Assembly: GCA_963662265.2 (NCBI GenBank)
Contig: CAXXHA010000008.1
Coordinates: forward strand, 1 to 64,000
Length of the DNA: 64,000 nt
Direction of reading: 5' to 3'
DNA from: Spirochaetia bacterium
GTDB lineage: Bacteria; Spirochaetota; Spirochaetia; CADAEX01
Shown here: positions 21,281 through 32,121 of the stretch, piece by piece
How the letters are laid out: every line of letters starts with the position of its first letter
How positions within the stretch are numbered: position 1 is the first letter of the stretch
The notes under the pieces: model-generated
The model's database searches: none
The model's input: the letters and a program-made list of their open reading frames with translations, nothing else
What the model was told of the DNA's origin: nothing
Program-made: the position numbers and the translations under genes

Positions 21281-22839
21281 AAAGCACCTCCTAAAAGACT
21301 TACAAGTGAGGTGTAGTAACTTAAATCCCTTTTCTTTACTTCTATGTTTTTATTCTCATGTTTTACAGCTTTTATTCCTGTAAGAAGCTGTGGCAGAATA
21401 TCCGGATAATTTTCAGTTTCACAGCTTCTTACATAAAGATAAGACTCTTCAAAATTCCTTGCAGATAGTGTTCCGTTTTCAATGCATAAATCTGCAGTTT
21501 TTGCTATTAACTTATCATCAGGATTTGAGTTTATGAAAGCATAAAGCTCGCGCTGCTGATCTCTGTAATACCTGCTGTATTTTTTGTAATTCTGATCAAC
21601 ATATTGTTTCCATGAGTTACTGCTAAATCTGTTCTTTAATTTTTTGATAACTTCATCGGGCTTGGAATCATAATTCCTGAAATGATTATGTTTGGTTATT
21701 TTTTTCCCCTTTATCGGTGAGATTTTGTGCCTGGCAATCTCTTCTCCATCTATTTTGTCATAGATAAAAAGGTCTGTATCTGTTTGGTAAATCCAGACAG
21801 TTTTTTTTCTGAACCTGTTAGGGACAGAGTAAAATGAAGATGAAACACTTATCAATGATTTACTATTTACTTCCCTTGATTCTTTATTTATGATGCTTTC
21901 CCTTCTGAAAATAGACGGCTTTAATTTTTTAAAATGTGGAATCTCTTTAAGCAAAGCTTCTTGAGGAATTATTCCAGTTGCCTGGCATATTTTACCGTTA
22001 GCTCTTCTTGAAAGCCAATTATTTAATGCCTCCTGTATTTGATCAAAGGATGTGAAATGTCTTGCTGAAAAGAAACTGCTTTTGATGAATTTCACAAAGT
22101 TTTCGACTTTACCTTTGCTCTCAGGGTCTGCTTTTCTGCAGACATACATCTTAAACCCCTGCTCATCCTTGAAGGCTTTAAATTCTTTTGTATACTTAAT
22201 ATCTCCGCTGTTTTCTTTAACAACCATGACTTTGTCCTGATCAATCACGATTTCTTCAGGTACCCCTCCTATTATTTCAAAGGTATCAAGTAAATGATTT
22301 ATCACATCTATGGATTTAAACGGCCTCTTCTGTACTGCTGCATACTTGAATCTGCTTACAGATAGAATGACTCCAAAGATATATACTTTCTCACCGGTTT
22401 CTATTTCAGTTTCTCCGAAATCAAGCTGTAGTTGTTTTCCATGTGGAAGTTCTTCAACCGGTGTATAGATTCTCTTGTATTCGTAATTATCTACTTCTCC
22501 TGTTTTCTTTAAGAAAATGAGATAATTTCTCAAAGTCCTTTCAGTGCCGGGAAGTTCTCCATATTTTTCTTCAAGAACATCATAGATTGATGAAGTGTAT
22601 ATTTTATTGTTATTTAAATTAAAAATATTCAGTATTTCATCTTTGAAAGGAGCAAAAATCTTTTCCTTTTCTACACTGTTTATCTGGTATTCAAGATACT
22701 CTGCTTCCGACATTTCAAAGTATTTTCTAACTGTTTTTCTGTCGATTTTTAATTCTCTGGATATTTTCCTTTTTGAATATCCTCTATTCTTGAAAACTCT
22801 TATTTTTTGGTACATATTCATAGTAATCATTTGAGTCAT
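21277..22839 (-). CDS. istA: IS21 transposase
   Basis: N-terminal HTH, QLDFG, GGVPEEIVIDQ, KGKVEN. Confidence 0.95.
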   Translation of the reverse strand: MTQMITMNMYQKIRVFKNRGYSKRKISRELKIDRKTVRKYFEMSEAEYLEYQINSVEKEKIFAPFKDEILNIFNLNNNKIYTSSIYDVLEEKYGELPGTERTLRNYLIFLKKTGEVDNYEYKRIYTPVEELPHGKQLQLDFGETEIETGEKVYIFGVILSVSRFKYAAVQKRPFKSIDVINHLLDTFEIIGGVPEEIVIDQDKVMVVKENSGDIKYTKEFKAFKDEQGFKMYVCRKADPESKGKVENFVKFIKSSFFSARHFTSFDQIQEALNNWLSRRANGKICQATGIIPQEALLKEIPHFKKLKPSIFRRESIINKESREVNSKSLISVSSSFYSVPNRFRKKTVWIYQTDTDLFIYDKIDGEEIARHKISPIKGKKITKHNHFRNYDSKPDEVIKKLKNRFSSNSWKQYVDQNYKKYSRYYRDQQRELYAFINSNPDDKLIAKTADLCIENGTLSARNFEESYLYVRSCETENYPDILPQLLTGIKAVKHENKNIEVKKRDLSYYTSLVSLLGGAL

Positions 22840-23151
22840 TCCTGGTAGTTTTTGTCGTGATTACATACTAAGGTTTGACTCTTTTTTTTCCTATAGGGTG
22901 GGGAATTTTATTTTCCATCCTATGGGGATTTCATGTTACCATTTCCATTATGTTGAACATCTCACTTAACTCAGTTACTGAGAACTGCTGGCTCTTCCAA
23001 AGGATAATAAATTCCTTCTTTTGGTCCATCGCATTTATCTCCCTCCAAGGCATCAGATCCCCCTTTTCGTAAGGATTTTTCTGCCTTTAAGTGTAAGCGA
23101 TGTGCCTTAAGTTTTGTAAGCGATGTCCCTTTAGTGTACCTTTTGTATGCT

Positions 23152-23253
23152 TAACGCCAAGTTGAGCTGTTTGACTGCCCCGCCAGGGTTGGCGCGTGTT
23201 CTTGCAACAGCAAGAACCGTGACAAAAGTCAAATCTGCTCCAACTTATTGTTA
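23152..23253 (-). repeat. attC (standard)
   Basis: TAAC...GTTA palindrome. Confidence 0.92.
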
Positions 23254-23271
23254 AACGCTAAATTTCAATAC

Positions 23272-24096
23272 TTAATTCAGATTATATCCGAATTCTCTGG
23301 TTTTCATAATATTTTTCCAATGTGCTTCTCTTCTAATTATTATTTCATCATCAGTAATTGACGATCTTACTTCAAGTATTGAAAATTGATAATTATTTGC
23401 ATATTCAATTCCATTTTTTTCAATTACTTTTTTTAGATCAATATTATTTCCATGTCCATTTTTTGAATAATTTTTCCATCTATCCCAAAAAGCATTTTCC
23501 CCATATGCTGAACCAACATATAATTTTCCGTTTGTTTTATCAGTAATTAAATATACACCTTTTGTACTTGATAATGCACTTTTCCAAGATGCTTCTTCTT
23601 CATTAATTACTTCTTGTAATTCTTCATAGTTCAATAATAAATTTTCATATCCGGGAAAGGGTTCAATTTTATACGGTTTTTCAAGTAATTCGCTAATTTC
23701 AAAATTATTGATGTGTTTTTCTAGTAATAGATATGAAGCTCGAAAATCTTTATTAAATTTAATTATTAGTCGACCAATTAAATCTTTTTGTAACTCTGTT
23801 AAATTTGTCTTATATGAAAAATATTCTTTTTCTTTTGATTTATCATATTTTTTAGTTACATCCAATTTTTCATAAATACCGCCGTAGATCCAATAATTTG
23901 GTTTATAATAAATAAGTGATATAATATATTTTCTTTCAAAATTTTTATTATTCTGATATTCTTGCCATTCTTTGAATTCATTTCTTATTAATTTATATAA
24001 TGGTTCTTTTTTATTTAATCGACCTATAGCCATGTGGAGTTTGTATTCATCGGTTTTTTCTATTATTTCTGGGAAAATATGTTCGAATTTAACCAT
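23272..24096 (-). CDS. GIY-YIG nuclease cassette, copy 1
   Basis: GVYLITD..GKLYVGSA..R..E..N motifs. Confidence 0.9.
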   Translation of the reverse strand: MVKFEHIFPEIIEKTDEYKLHMAIGRLNKKEPLYKLIRNEFKEWQEYQNNKNFERKYIISLIYYKPNYWIYGGIYEKLDVTKKYDKSKEKEYFSYKTNLTELQKDLIGRLIIKFNKDFRASYLLLEKHINNFEISELLEKPYKIEPFPGYENLLLNYEELQEVINEEEASWKSALSSTKGVYLITDKTNGKLYVGSAYGENAFWDRWKNYSKNGHGNNIDLKKVIEKNGIEYANNYQFSILEVRSSITDDEIIIRREAHWKNIMKTREFGYNLN

Positions 24097-24233
24097 TATT
24101 TTTCCTTATTTAAATTTTTTCTCTATCTTACATAATTATTGCTATTCAATATTTATTCATTTTTTATCAAAATTTAAGTAATTTTTTATGCAAAAATATT
24201 CTTTTGAGTTACAATAATAACTATGATGCCGTT

Positions 24234-24334
24234 TAACACCCAGTTGAGCTGTTTGGCTGCCCCGCCAGGGTTGGCACGTGTTCTTGCTCTGCAAGAACCG
24301 TGACAAAAGGCAAATCTGCTCCAACTGATTGTTA
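24234..24334 (-). repeat. attC (standard)
   Basis: TAAC...GTTA palindrome. Confidence 0.92.
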
Positions 24335-24341
24335 TAAAGTA

Positions 24342-25077
24342 TTATTTCTTAGCCCATTTTGACAAATACTTTTCTAGAATATTAGTATTATCTATATGAT
24401 ATTTTAGAAAAAAAGATTTTTCTTCTTTTGGTAATATTTGTGTAGAAATTATAAATGCACGTTTTTGCCATGGATCTAAATTGTTAAAATTTTCTTTTAA
24501 TTCTCTTAGCCAATCATAACAATTATTAACATATGCAGTTAATACAATTTCTCTTTTCAATACTGGATCTTCACGTTGATATTTTCGTAATATTTTTTGA
24601 TGATGATTAATAATTGGCTTTTTGTTGAATAATGAAAATAATATTAACAAATAATAAATATTTTCTTCAATTAGTTCATTATCTATAAACTGTAAAGCAT
24701 CTTCTCCTATTGTAGTCCAATTCTCAAAATTAATATTTTGAACACTACTTATATATCTAAAAATATCATTTAGAGCGGGAAGCATATGTTCTTTATTTTT
24801 TATTAAATAATTCAAAGCTGATGGATGTCCGACCTGCGATAAACGTCTTAAAAACCACCTTAATCTAATAAAATTTGGTTCTTCCTTTATTAAATATTCA
24901 TCTATTACCGCTTTAATTGATTCTTCTGAAAATTCCCGTATCTCATCATCTGTTAAATCATTTAACATAATAGCTGAATAAGGATTATCTGAATGTTTCA
25001 TAATGATTTTTAGAATCTTTTCCTCTTTATTATTTATAGGTCGATCTTCTATATTTTCATCACACAGTTTTCTAAAT
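24342..25077 (-). pseudogene. 5'-truncated helical-repeat protein, possibly the C-terminus of a reverse transcriptase
   Basis: The ORF start lies inside the IS3 end; WLRELKE...W.KRAF...LP.EE..FFL recalls helical tails of defence-type RTs (from memory). Confidence 0.5.
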
Positions 25078-26306
25078 TGGCATTCCCCCAAAACTGTAGA
25101 CACTTGATATACTTAGAAACTAAGGAGTATTAAAGTGCCAAAGAGTCCCTACACAGAAGAATTTAAAGACGAAATATTAAAGCAAATAATGGAAGAAGAA
25201 CACAGTGTTCTTGAAGTATCAAAAGCAACAGGAATAAGTGACGTTACTCTTTATAACTGGCTTAGAAAGGCCGGGTGGAAATCCGGGGAGTCTCGAGAAA
25301 AGAAAAAATTAACAGAAGCAGAAAAGGAAAACAGAGAATTAAAAGCAGAGATCAGAAAGCTTAAGATGGAGCGTGATATCTTAAAAAAGGCCGCAGCGTA
25401 CTTTGCGAAGGAGTCCCAGTAAAGTACGCTTTTATTCGGGACAACAGAAAAGCGTTTCCAATTCGCCCTATGTGCAGGATATTAAAAGTTAATCCATCAG
25501 GATTTTATCGGTGGTTAAAAACACCAGAATCTCCTAGAACAATAGAAAATAAAAAAGTGACAGAACTAATCCGTTTTTACTGGGAAGAAAGCGGTCAAGT
25601 ATATGGAAGTCCAAATATACATGAGGATCTAAAAGAAGCAGGTTATAGCTACGGTGTTAATCGGGTTGCTCGTTTGATGAGAGTAGCTGGAATAAAAGGT
25701 GCTTACAGACGGAAACGGCATCATGTACCTTGGGTTCCTGGAGAAATTTACCAGAAGAATACTTTGAATAGAGAATTTTCTGTTGCTGAGCCAAATCAAG
25801 CTTGGTGTACTGATATAACATATATCCGAACTTATGAAGGCTGGTTATATCTGGCAGTAGTAATTGATCTATTTAACAGAGGAGTTGTTGGCTGGTCGAT
25901 GAAGAATCATCAGAAAGCAATTATTGTTATGGATGCTTTGTTTATGGCAGTAAAAAGAAGAAGACCTACAAAGTCTGTTCTTATCCATTCTGATCAAGGG
26001 TGTCAGTTTACAAGTAAGGATTGGGAGGATTTTTGTGAGGCCCACTCTTTGGAAATTAGCATGAGTAGAAGAGGTAATTGTTGGGATAATTCTGTAGTTG
26101 AATCATTCTTTTCAAATCTTAAAAGAGAAAGAATCAGGAATAAAATTTATAAAACCAGAGAGGAGGCAAGAAAAGATATTTTTAATTATATTGAAATGTT
26201 TTACAATACAAAAAGACGGCATGGTCATTTAGGAAAGCGAAGCCCTGCTGATTTTGAAGATAAGTTTTCATCAGATTAAAGTGTCTACAGAATCAGGGGA
26301 ATGCCA
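25078..26306 (+). mobile_element. IS3 family element A, copy 1 (no TSD)
   Basis: IR TGGCATTCCCC...GGGGAATGCCA; orfA 25135-25422, orfB to 26279; A6G frameshift motif near 25383. Confidence 0.93.
25135..26279 (+). CDS. IS3 transposase OrfAB (-1 programmed frameshift)
   Basis: HTH OrfA; WCTDITY, HSDQG, DNSVVESFF. Confidence 0.92.
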
Positions 26307-26431
26307 GAATATTCAAATCATTAATAGGTAATTCTTTTTTTACAATATGATTAAGAAGGTTTATTGCTTTTTCATTATAATTTTTTATTGCTTCTTTATG
26401 AATCATTATTACCTCTTGTTTAAATTACGGA

Positions 26432-26531
26432 TAACGCCAAGTTGAGCTGTTTGGCTGCCCCAAAGGGTTGGCGTGTAAATTGCGTAAGCAATTTGCATGA
26501 CAAAAGCCAAATCTGCTCCAACTTTTTGTTA
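26432..26531 (-). repeat. attC (standard)
   Basis: TAAC...GTTA palindrome. Confidence 0.92.
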
Positions 26532-26581
26532 TATGGCTATTTTAATATTTATTCAAATATTTACGTTTTAATTTTTCATTA

Positions 26582-27328
26582 TTAATTTTCAAGTTCTAAC
26601 AACATATGCAATAACTTCTTCCGATGATTTTCATCTATTAATAATATTCCATTTACCCATATATCTGTTGATTTCTTATCACTATGTTCTTTTGAATTAT
26701 TCCATCTTTGTTCTTTTGAATGTATATCATTTATTTCTATTTTGAAGTATTCGTTTAAATTGGTATTTTCTTTTAGATGTGATTTTGGCAACCAACCATT
26801 TATTTTAAATTTTTGGAAATCATCACTTCTTTTATAGATATTCAGCCAATATTGAGTTTCATTTTTCCCATTCATTTTTGTAAAAATAAAATCATCTGAA
26901 TTTATCGTAACCATTCTATTTGTACTTTTCAAGAAATACCAAACAACATCTACATATATTCTGCATACATTCATTTTTGGGGGTTTAGCATCGTTATGTT
27001 CTATTTCATTTCTAATTTGCATCAGCTCCTTTAATAATAGAGGCCTAACTATTCCAAGTGATTCCAATAATTCTAAATACCCTTTCGGCTTATCAGGAAA
27101 ATCGATTTTTTTTAGGTTATAACACTTTTCAATAAGCTTTAATCTATGGTTAATTGCTCTCTTTAGAGTAACAATAGCATCTGCCCTCGAATCATTATCA
27201 TCATTAAAATTCAAATGATTTTCAGCTCTGAAGAGTAATTCTATTGATCTTTTTTTCTCATCTGGATTAATTTCACTCCATGATTGAATATCAACATTCC
27301 AATTTAAAAAACTATCTTTTATATACAC
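26582..27328 (-). CDS. Hypothetical cassette protein (possible HEPN-like RNEIEH)
   Basis: 248 aa ORF between attC sites; R-X4-H motif. Confidence 0.65.
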   Translation of the reverse strand: MYIKDSFLNWNVDIQSWSEINPDEKKRSIELLFRAENHLNFNDDNDSRADAIVTLKRAINHRLKLIEKCYNLKKIDFPDKPKGYLELLESLGIVRPLLLKELMQIRNEIEHNDAKPPKMNVCRIYVDVVWYFLKSTNRMVTINSDDFIFTKMNGKNETQYWLNIYKRSDDFQKFKINGWLPKSHLKENTNLNEYFKIEINDIHSKEQRWNNSKEHSDKKSTDIWVNGILLIDENHRKKLLHMLLELEN

Positions 27329-27461
27329 ACTAAAATACCTTTTGTATTAAACAGTACTCCCTTCACAAATATTAAAGGGATTAATTTACATATTTTTCTT
27401 AAATTCTATATTATTTTACTATATTTATTCGCTAGTCACTGGACTGCTCATTTCTGCCATA

Positions 27462-27650
27462 TAACGCCAAGTTGAGCTGCTCCGGCGGTGCCTGAGCGAA
27501 GCGAAGGATTGGCATGTGTTTTTGCAGTTATTCTTTGCTTTTAGAATAATATTTAAAATAAGTATTTCTTAGCTGCAAATCTTTAATAATTCTACTTTTT
27601 TTCCTGCAAAAAACCATGTCAAAGCCGGGGTCTGCTCCAACTTATTGTTA
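27462..27650 (-). repeat. Long attC (189 bp)
   Basis: attC ends with CCTGAGCGAAGCGAAGG arm and long AT-rich loop. Confidence 0.88.
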
Positions 27651-28048
27651 CATTCTAAATCCTCGTAAGATCAATTAGCAAGTTCTTTTTATCCATTTTT
27701 CAACCCAAATATATCCTGCAGATCTTAATTATTTTGCATTTTTTATGCAGGGAGTATACCAAAACATAATCCTTGGATTACCGTCACAATATTTTTCAGC
27801 TCGTTCTTTTTCGGCTGAAAAGCGCTTAGCTGTTTTCATTAAACAGTAATTTCTTTTATATTCGATAATAAAAGGCTAGCTACACAAAACTATACTTTAC
27901 CCTCTTTTGAAACGGGATTGAATCAAAACAAAATCGCTTTTCTGCCGAGTGGGTCTCAAGATGATGCATACAATCCTAAAAATATCTTTTTTATCACTTC
28001 TACCACAATATCGCCAGTTTTTACTGTTTCCAATAACTTTTGTGTATG
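27651..28048 (-). other. Gene-less cassette, family A
   Basis: No credible ORF; homologous to 28237, 32800 and 45465. Confidence 0.85.
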
Positions 28049-28236
28049 TAACGCCAAGTTGAGCTGCTCCGGCGGTGCCTGAGCGAAGCGAAGGATTGGC
28101 ATGTGTTTTTGCATTTATACTTTGCTGTTAGAAAAATATGTAAAATAAGTGTTTTTTAGCTGCATATTTTTAATAATTCTACTTTTTTTCCTGCAAAAAC
28201 CATGTCAAAGCCGGGGTCTGCTCCAACTTATTGTTA
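28049..28236 (-). repeat. Long attC (188 bp)
   Basis: Same architecture as 27462. Confidence 0.88.
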
Positions 28237-28638
28237 CATTCTAAATCCTCGTAAGATCAATTAGCAAGTTCTTTTTATCCATTTTTTAACCCAAATATAT
28301 CCTGCAGATCTTAATTATTTTGCATTTTTTATGCAGGGAGTATACCAAAACATAATCCTTGGATAACCGTCACAATATTTTTTCGGCTCGCTCTTTTTCG
28401 GCTGAAAAGCGCTTAGCTGTTTTTTCATTAAACAGTTATATCTTTTATTTTCGATTGTAAAAGGCTGTCCACACAAAACTATACTCTAACCTCTTTTTGA
28501 ATCTGGATTGAATCAAAACAAAATCGCTTTTCTGCCGAGTGGGTCTCAAGATGATGCATACAATCCTAAAAATATCTTTTTTATCACTTCTACCACAATA
28601 TCGCCAGTTTTTACTGTTTCCAATAACTTTTGTGTATG
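28237..28638 (-). other. Gene-less cassette, family A
   Basis: Near-identical to 45465-45866. Confidence 0.85.
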
Positions 28639-28738
28639 TAACGCCCAGTTGAGCTGTTTGACTGTCCCGGTGGGTTGGCGTGTAAATTGCGGAAGCAATT
28701 TGCATGACAAAAGGCAAATCTGCTCCAACTGATTGTTA
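28639..28738 (-). repeat. attC (standard)
   Basis: TAAC...GTTA palindrome. Confidence 0.92.
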
Positions 28739-28763
28739 TATGGATTTTTTCTTTTTATAAATA

Positions 28764-29291
28764 TTAGATATTCCTTTGAATATATTCTTCAAGTTCTTTA
28801 TAAATTAAATTAGGTTTTTCTTTTTTAGCCCATATTAATTCATCTATATTATAACCATATCGTCTATATTTTTTCTTATCATCTGGTGCAAATATATCAA
28901 TCCATGAATTATCTCTATTATAAGTAATACCAACATTTATCTCTTCATCTTCATTCTTTAATAAAATTAAAATAAAATTTCCTCTCACAGAATATCCATT
29001 ATTTATAATAGTCTTATTAATCTCACTCGCTTCTGAAAAATCAATACATTCTTTATATAAAGTTAAAAGATGCTTACACATTCTTCTTATATCATTTTTT
29101 CTATAATTATCATGTTGATACTTAATATATTCTGGACATTCACATGTCTTTTTAATTAAATTTGTTTTGTATCGGTTCTTAAGCTTTAAATCTTTTACTT
29201 TTACACCATCCTTTAAATTATTTTTAACATCAGGTAGTATTAATTCTTCTGGTAATGAAAATAATTTTTTGATCCTCTCAATTACACTCAC
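28764..29291 (-). CDS. SWIM-type zinc-finger protein
   Basis: CECP...CKH motif; RBS GGAGG. Confidence 0.65.
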   Translation of the reverse strand: MSVIERIKKLFSLPEELILPDVKNNLKDGVKVKDLKLKNRYKTNLIKKTCECPEYIKYQHDNYRKNDIRRMCKHLLTLYKECIDFSEASEINKTIINNGYSVRGNFILILLKNEDEEINVGITYNRDNSWIDIFAPDDKKKYRRYGYNIDELIWAKKEKPNLIYKELEEYIQRNI

Positions 29292-29539
29292 TATAACCTC
29301 CTGTTTTGAGATACATTACTTATTGTAAATATACACTAAGATATTTAATATAATTCACTATTTGCATTCATTTTCAATATTTCTCTTTAAATATATTAAC
29401 CATTCTATAAACTTATAATTATAATCAACTTCCTTGTCTTTCCTCCAATATTTATATGATAACAAATATAATTTTCTATTGCAGGTCTTGAACATTCACA
29501 TATATAAATGTCTACACTATAGTTAGATTATTTTTCATC

Positions 29540-29845
29540 TTAATCACAATAAAATTGTAAAATTGAGAATACTGAACCTATTGCCATAATTATTGAAAGT
29601 ATTATAAGTAAAATATTTGTAAGTTTTTGCTTTTTTATAGTATTTAACTGTTGAAGATCAAGTCTTTTTATTAAATGTTTTATAATATCTATGTTTTCTT
29701 CTACTGACAAATATTGACTTGGTATTGAATTTGATTCTCGAATTATATCTATTGCCATATTTTCAATTGTTTTATTTAATTCAATCTTTGCTTCTTTTTT
29801 AATTTCTTTTTCATTCAAAACCATACTCCTGATTTTTATTAACAT
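29540..29845 (-). CDS. Small hypothetical membrane protein, possibly 5'-truncated by the IS
   Basis: C-terminal TM helix; start abuts the IS end. Confidence 0.5.
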   Translation of the reverse strand: MLIKIRSMVLNEKEIKKEAKIELNKTIENMAIDIIRESNSIPSQYLSVEENIDIIKHLIKRLDLQQLNTIKKQKLTNILLIILSIIMAIGSVFSILQFYCD

Positions 29846-31112
29846 TGGTGTGCCCCATGAAAAGTAGACAACCTAACTATGCAGCTATTGCTGTTTGCTT
29901 TTCATATTCAGCCGGGCTTATATACCCAATTGCTGAATGTTTTCTTTTCCTGTTATAGAATATCTCGATGTATTCAAAAACACCAGCTTTTAATTCTTCA
30001 ACGCTCTGATAGTTATTCGGATAAATTAATTCTACTTTCAGTCTGCTGAAAAATGATTCCATTGGGGCATTATCCCAGCAGTTTCCTCTTCTACTCATAC
30101 TTAGCAGACAACCTTTTGATTGTGCAAAATCTATATATTTTTGAGCACGGTACTGTACTCCCCGATCTGAATGAAGTATTAATCCTTCAGAAAATCCTCT
30201 TCTTCCGAATGCTATCGATAATGCTTCAATTACAAGATTTTCCGTCATACTTGTATCTAATGCCCAGCCAACTATTTTTCTTGAATATAGATCCATAACT
30301 GTGGCCAAATACATCCACTTGTTTCTTACCCAAATATATGTAATATCTGTAGTCCATTTTTTATTAGGATTATCTGCAGTAAAATCTCTCCACAATATGT
30401 TATCTGATACATTATTCATTGACTGGCTTTTCCGGCTATACTTAAACCCCTTACCATTCAAAGCCTTTATATCATTCTCTTGCATAATTTTAGCTATGAA
30501 GTTTGTTGAACATTTCCAGCCAAGTGAATTTAATTCTTCTGCTATTCTCCTTGAACCATAACGGGCTTTAAATGCCTCATAAGTATTTTTAATCAGTTCT
30601 TCTATTTTCTCTTTATATTGATGTCTCTTTCCTGGTTTTCTATTTATCCACTTATAATATCCGGATCTGGAAACTCCCAGGACTCTACACATCAGTGATA
30701 TTTCATATTGACCTGTAAATTGATGCATTAATGCGTACTTCACTTCTGGTCGTTCGCAAAGTACGCAGCAGCTTTTTTTAAGAATTCTATTTCATCTTTT
30801 AATTTCTTATTTTCTCTGCGTAGTTTTCTTACTTCTTCACTTTCATTTTTTGAATAATCAACTCCATTTAAGGAATTAAATTGTTTATCGCTTAGCCTGT
30901 TAAATTGACGCTTCCAGTTATAAATTTGCTGGGCGCTTATCCCCAGTTCTTCTGCTACTTTAGCTGCAGAACTACCCTCTTTTTCTGATCGTTTTACAGC
31001 TTCTCTTCTAAACTCTTCGGTATACGCCTGTACCTTTTTTCTTGCCATTTGACACTCCCCTTATAATTATAATCTAACTATAGTTGGTGTCCACTTTTTG
31101 TGGGGCAGTCCG
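29846..31112 (-). mobile_element. IS3 family element B (no TSD)
   Basis: Imperfect IR TGGTGTGCCCCA / TGGGGCAGTCCG; orfA 30740-31048, orfB 29877-30743. Confidence 0.9.
29877..31048 (-). CDS. IS3 transposase OrfAB
   Basis: WTTDITY, HSDRG, DNAPMESFF; A7G slippery site. Confidence 0.92.
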
Positions 31113-31525
31113 CTGTTTATAATTTTTTCTAAAAAAGAAAATATAACCAAAATAATTAAATCTAAAATATCAAATACCCCTGGAACTATATTAAATAACT
31201 GAAGTATTTTGGATAAAAAAGATATTATACAAAAAAATATTATATATATTCTCTGGTATATTATTTCTTCCCACCAAATAACCTTAATAATCAATATTCC
31301 AGAGAATAGCCATAAACCATTTGGGATACTATAAATTACAATTTTAGGAATAATTTTTTCAAAATCAGTAACTATTAACCTATAAGATTGAAGATTAGAA
31401 AGAAGATTTATGGAATCTAACCATTTAAACATATATAAATCAGTACTACGGAATAATAAGTATATTATTCCACCTATTAATAGTGAAATTATTGAAGTTG
31501 CTAAATATATTTTTTTAATTTTCAT
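31113..31525 (-). CDS. Membrane protein, 3' end runs into the IS
   Basis: Several TM segments; YSIPNGLW and PGVFD.LD. Confidence 0.65.
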
Positions 31526-31584
31526 TTTTATTTCATAATATTATATATTTACTTATTAAGTCTTTCAAGCTTATTTTTGACGCA

Positions 31585-31685
31585 TAACGCCCAGTTGAGC
31601 TGTTTGACTGCCCCGCCAGGGTTGGCGCGTGTTCTTGCTCCGCAAGAACCGTGACAAAAGTCAAATCTGCTCCAACTTATTGTTA
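31585..31685 (-). repeat. attC (standard)
   Basis: TAAC...GTTA palindrome. Confidence 0.92.
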
Positions 31686-31695
31686 TGTAAAATAT

Positions 31696-32121
31696 TTAAT
31701 TATTAAGTTCATCACGAGTTGTATGCAATTTTATATTAATATACTTTTTATAGTTTTCAAAATCTTTATCTGTTGTAAAAATACTTATTTCATTGTTTAT
31801 TGAAGCAGCACATATTAAAAAGTCTATGTGAGATCCTTGAACTCCATTTTTTCTGCAAGTATTAAATATTTCTGCTGCTTTTTCATAATCATCTATTTTC
31901 AATGGTAAATCTTCAAAAGCTTTTAATTTATCCTTAAGATTCATGAATTTTTTATCATCTGAAATACCTGACAATAATTCCTGTCTAACAGGTCCTATAA
32001 ACACTACCCTTAATTCATAAATCAATTCTTTTAATTCTTTAACAATATTCTTCTCATCTTCAGTAAGAGACTTTTTTCTTAATGCTAATGACCAAACAGA
32101 TGTATCTACGAGTATTTTCAC
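31696..32121 (-). CDS. vapC: VapC PIN-domain toxin
   Basis: ILVDTSVW, QELLSG, IDFLICA, TTDKDF. Confidence 0.92.
   Translation of the reverse strand: MKILVDTSVWSLALRKKSLTEDEKNIVKELKELIYELRVVFIGPVRQELLSGISDDKKFMNLKDKLKAFEDLPLKIDDYEKAAEIFNTCRKNGVQGSHIDFLICAASINNEISIFTTDKDFENYKKYINIKLHTTRDELNN

Larger units (their letters stand above)
20477..22947 (-). mobile_element. IS21 family element, copy 1
   Basis: IR TGGAAATGG...CCATTTCCA; 6-bp target duplication TTATGT. Confidence 0.93.
19395..23053 (-). pseudogene. IS481 transposase split by IS21 (23053-22948 joins 20470-19395 in frame)
   Basis: MPWRE start; WSADFKG, TDNGAPF, NGRHERMHR DDE motifs. Confidence 0.85.
19328..23139 (-). mobile_element. IS481-family IS, interrupted by IS21
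   Basis: Ends GTACAGCAAAGGACATC / GATGTCCCTTTAGTGTAC with repeated GGACATCGCTTACA motifs. Confidence 0.8.

Noticed and set aside
26468-26484. Sigma54-like TGGC...TTGC motif in attC sites
   Set aside because: Spacing is correct only in the TGGCGTGTAAATTGC variant and one base too long in most sites; the bases are explained by hairpin pairing.
28445-28732. Short ORFs over attC sites and gene-less cassettes (also 33078, 45007, 45673, 45966, 46100, 47861, 59716, 59772, 62103)
   Set aside because: Most start in or cross attC sites, lack an RBS, and frames are not conserved among paralogues.
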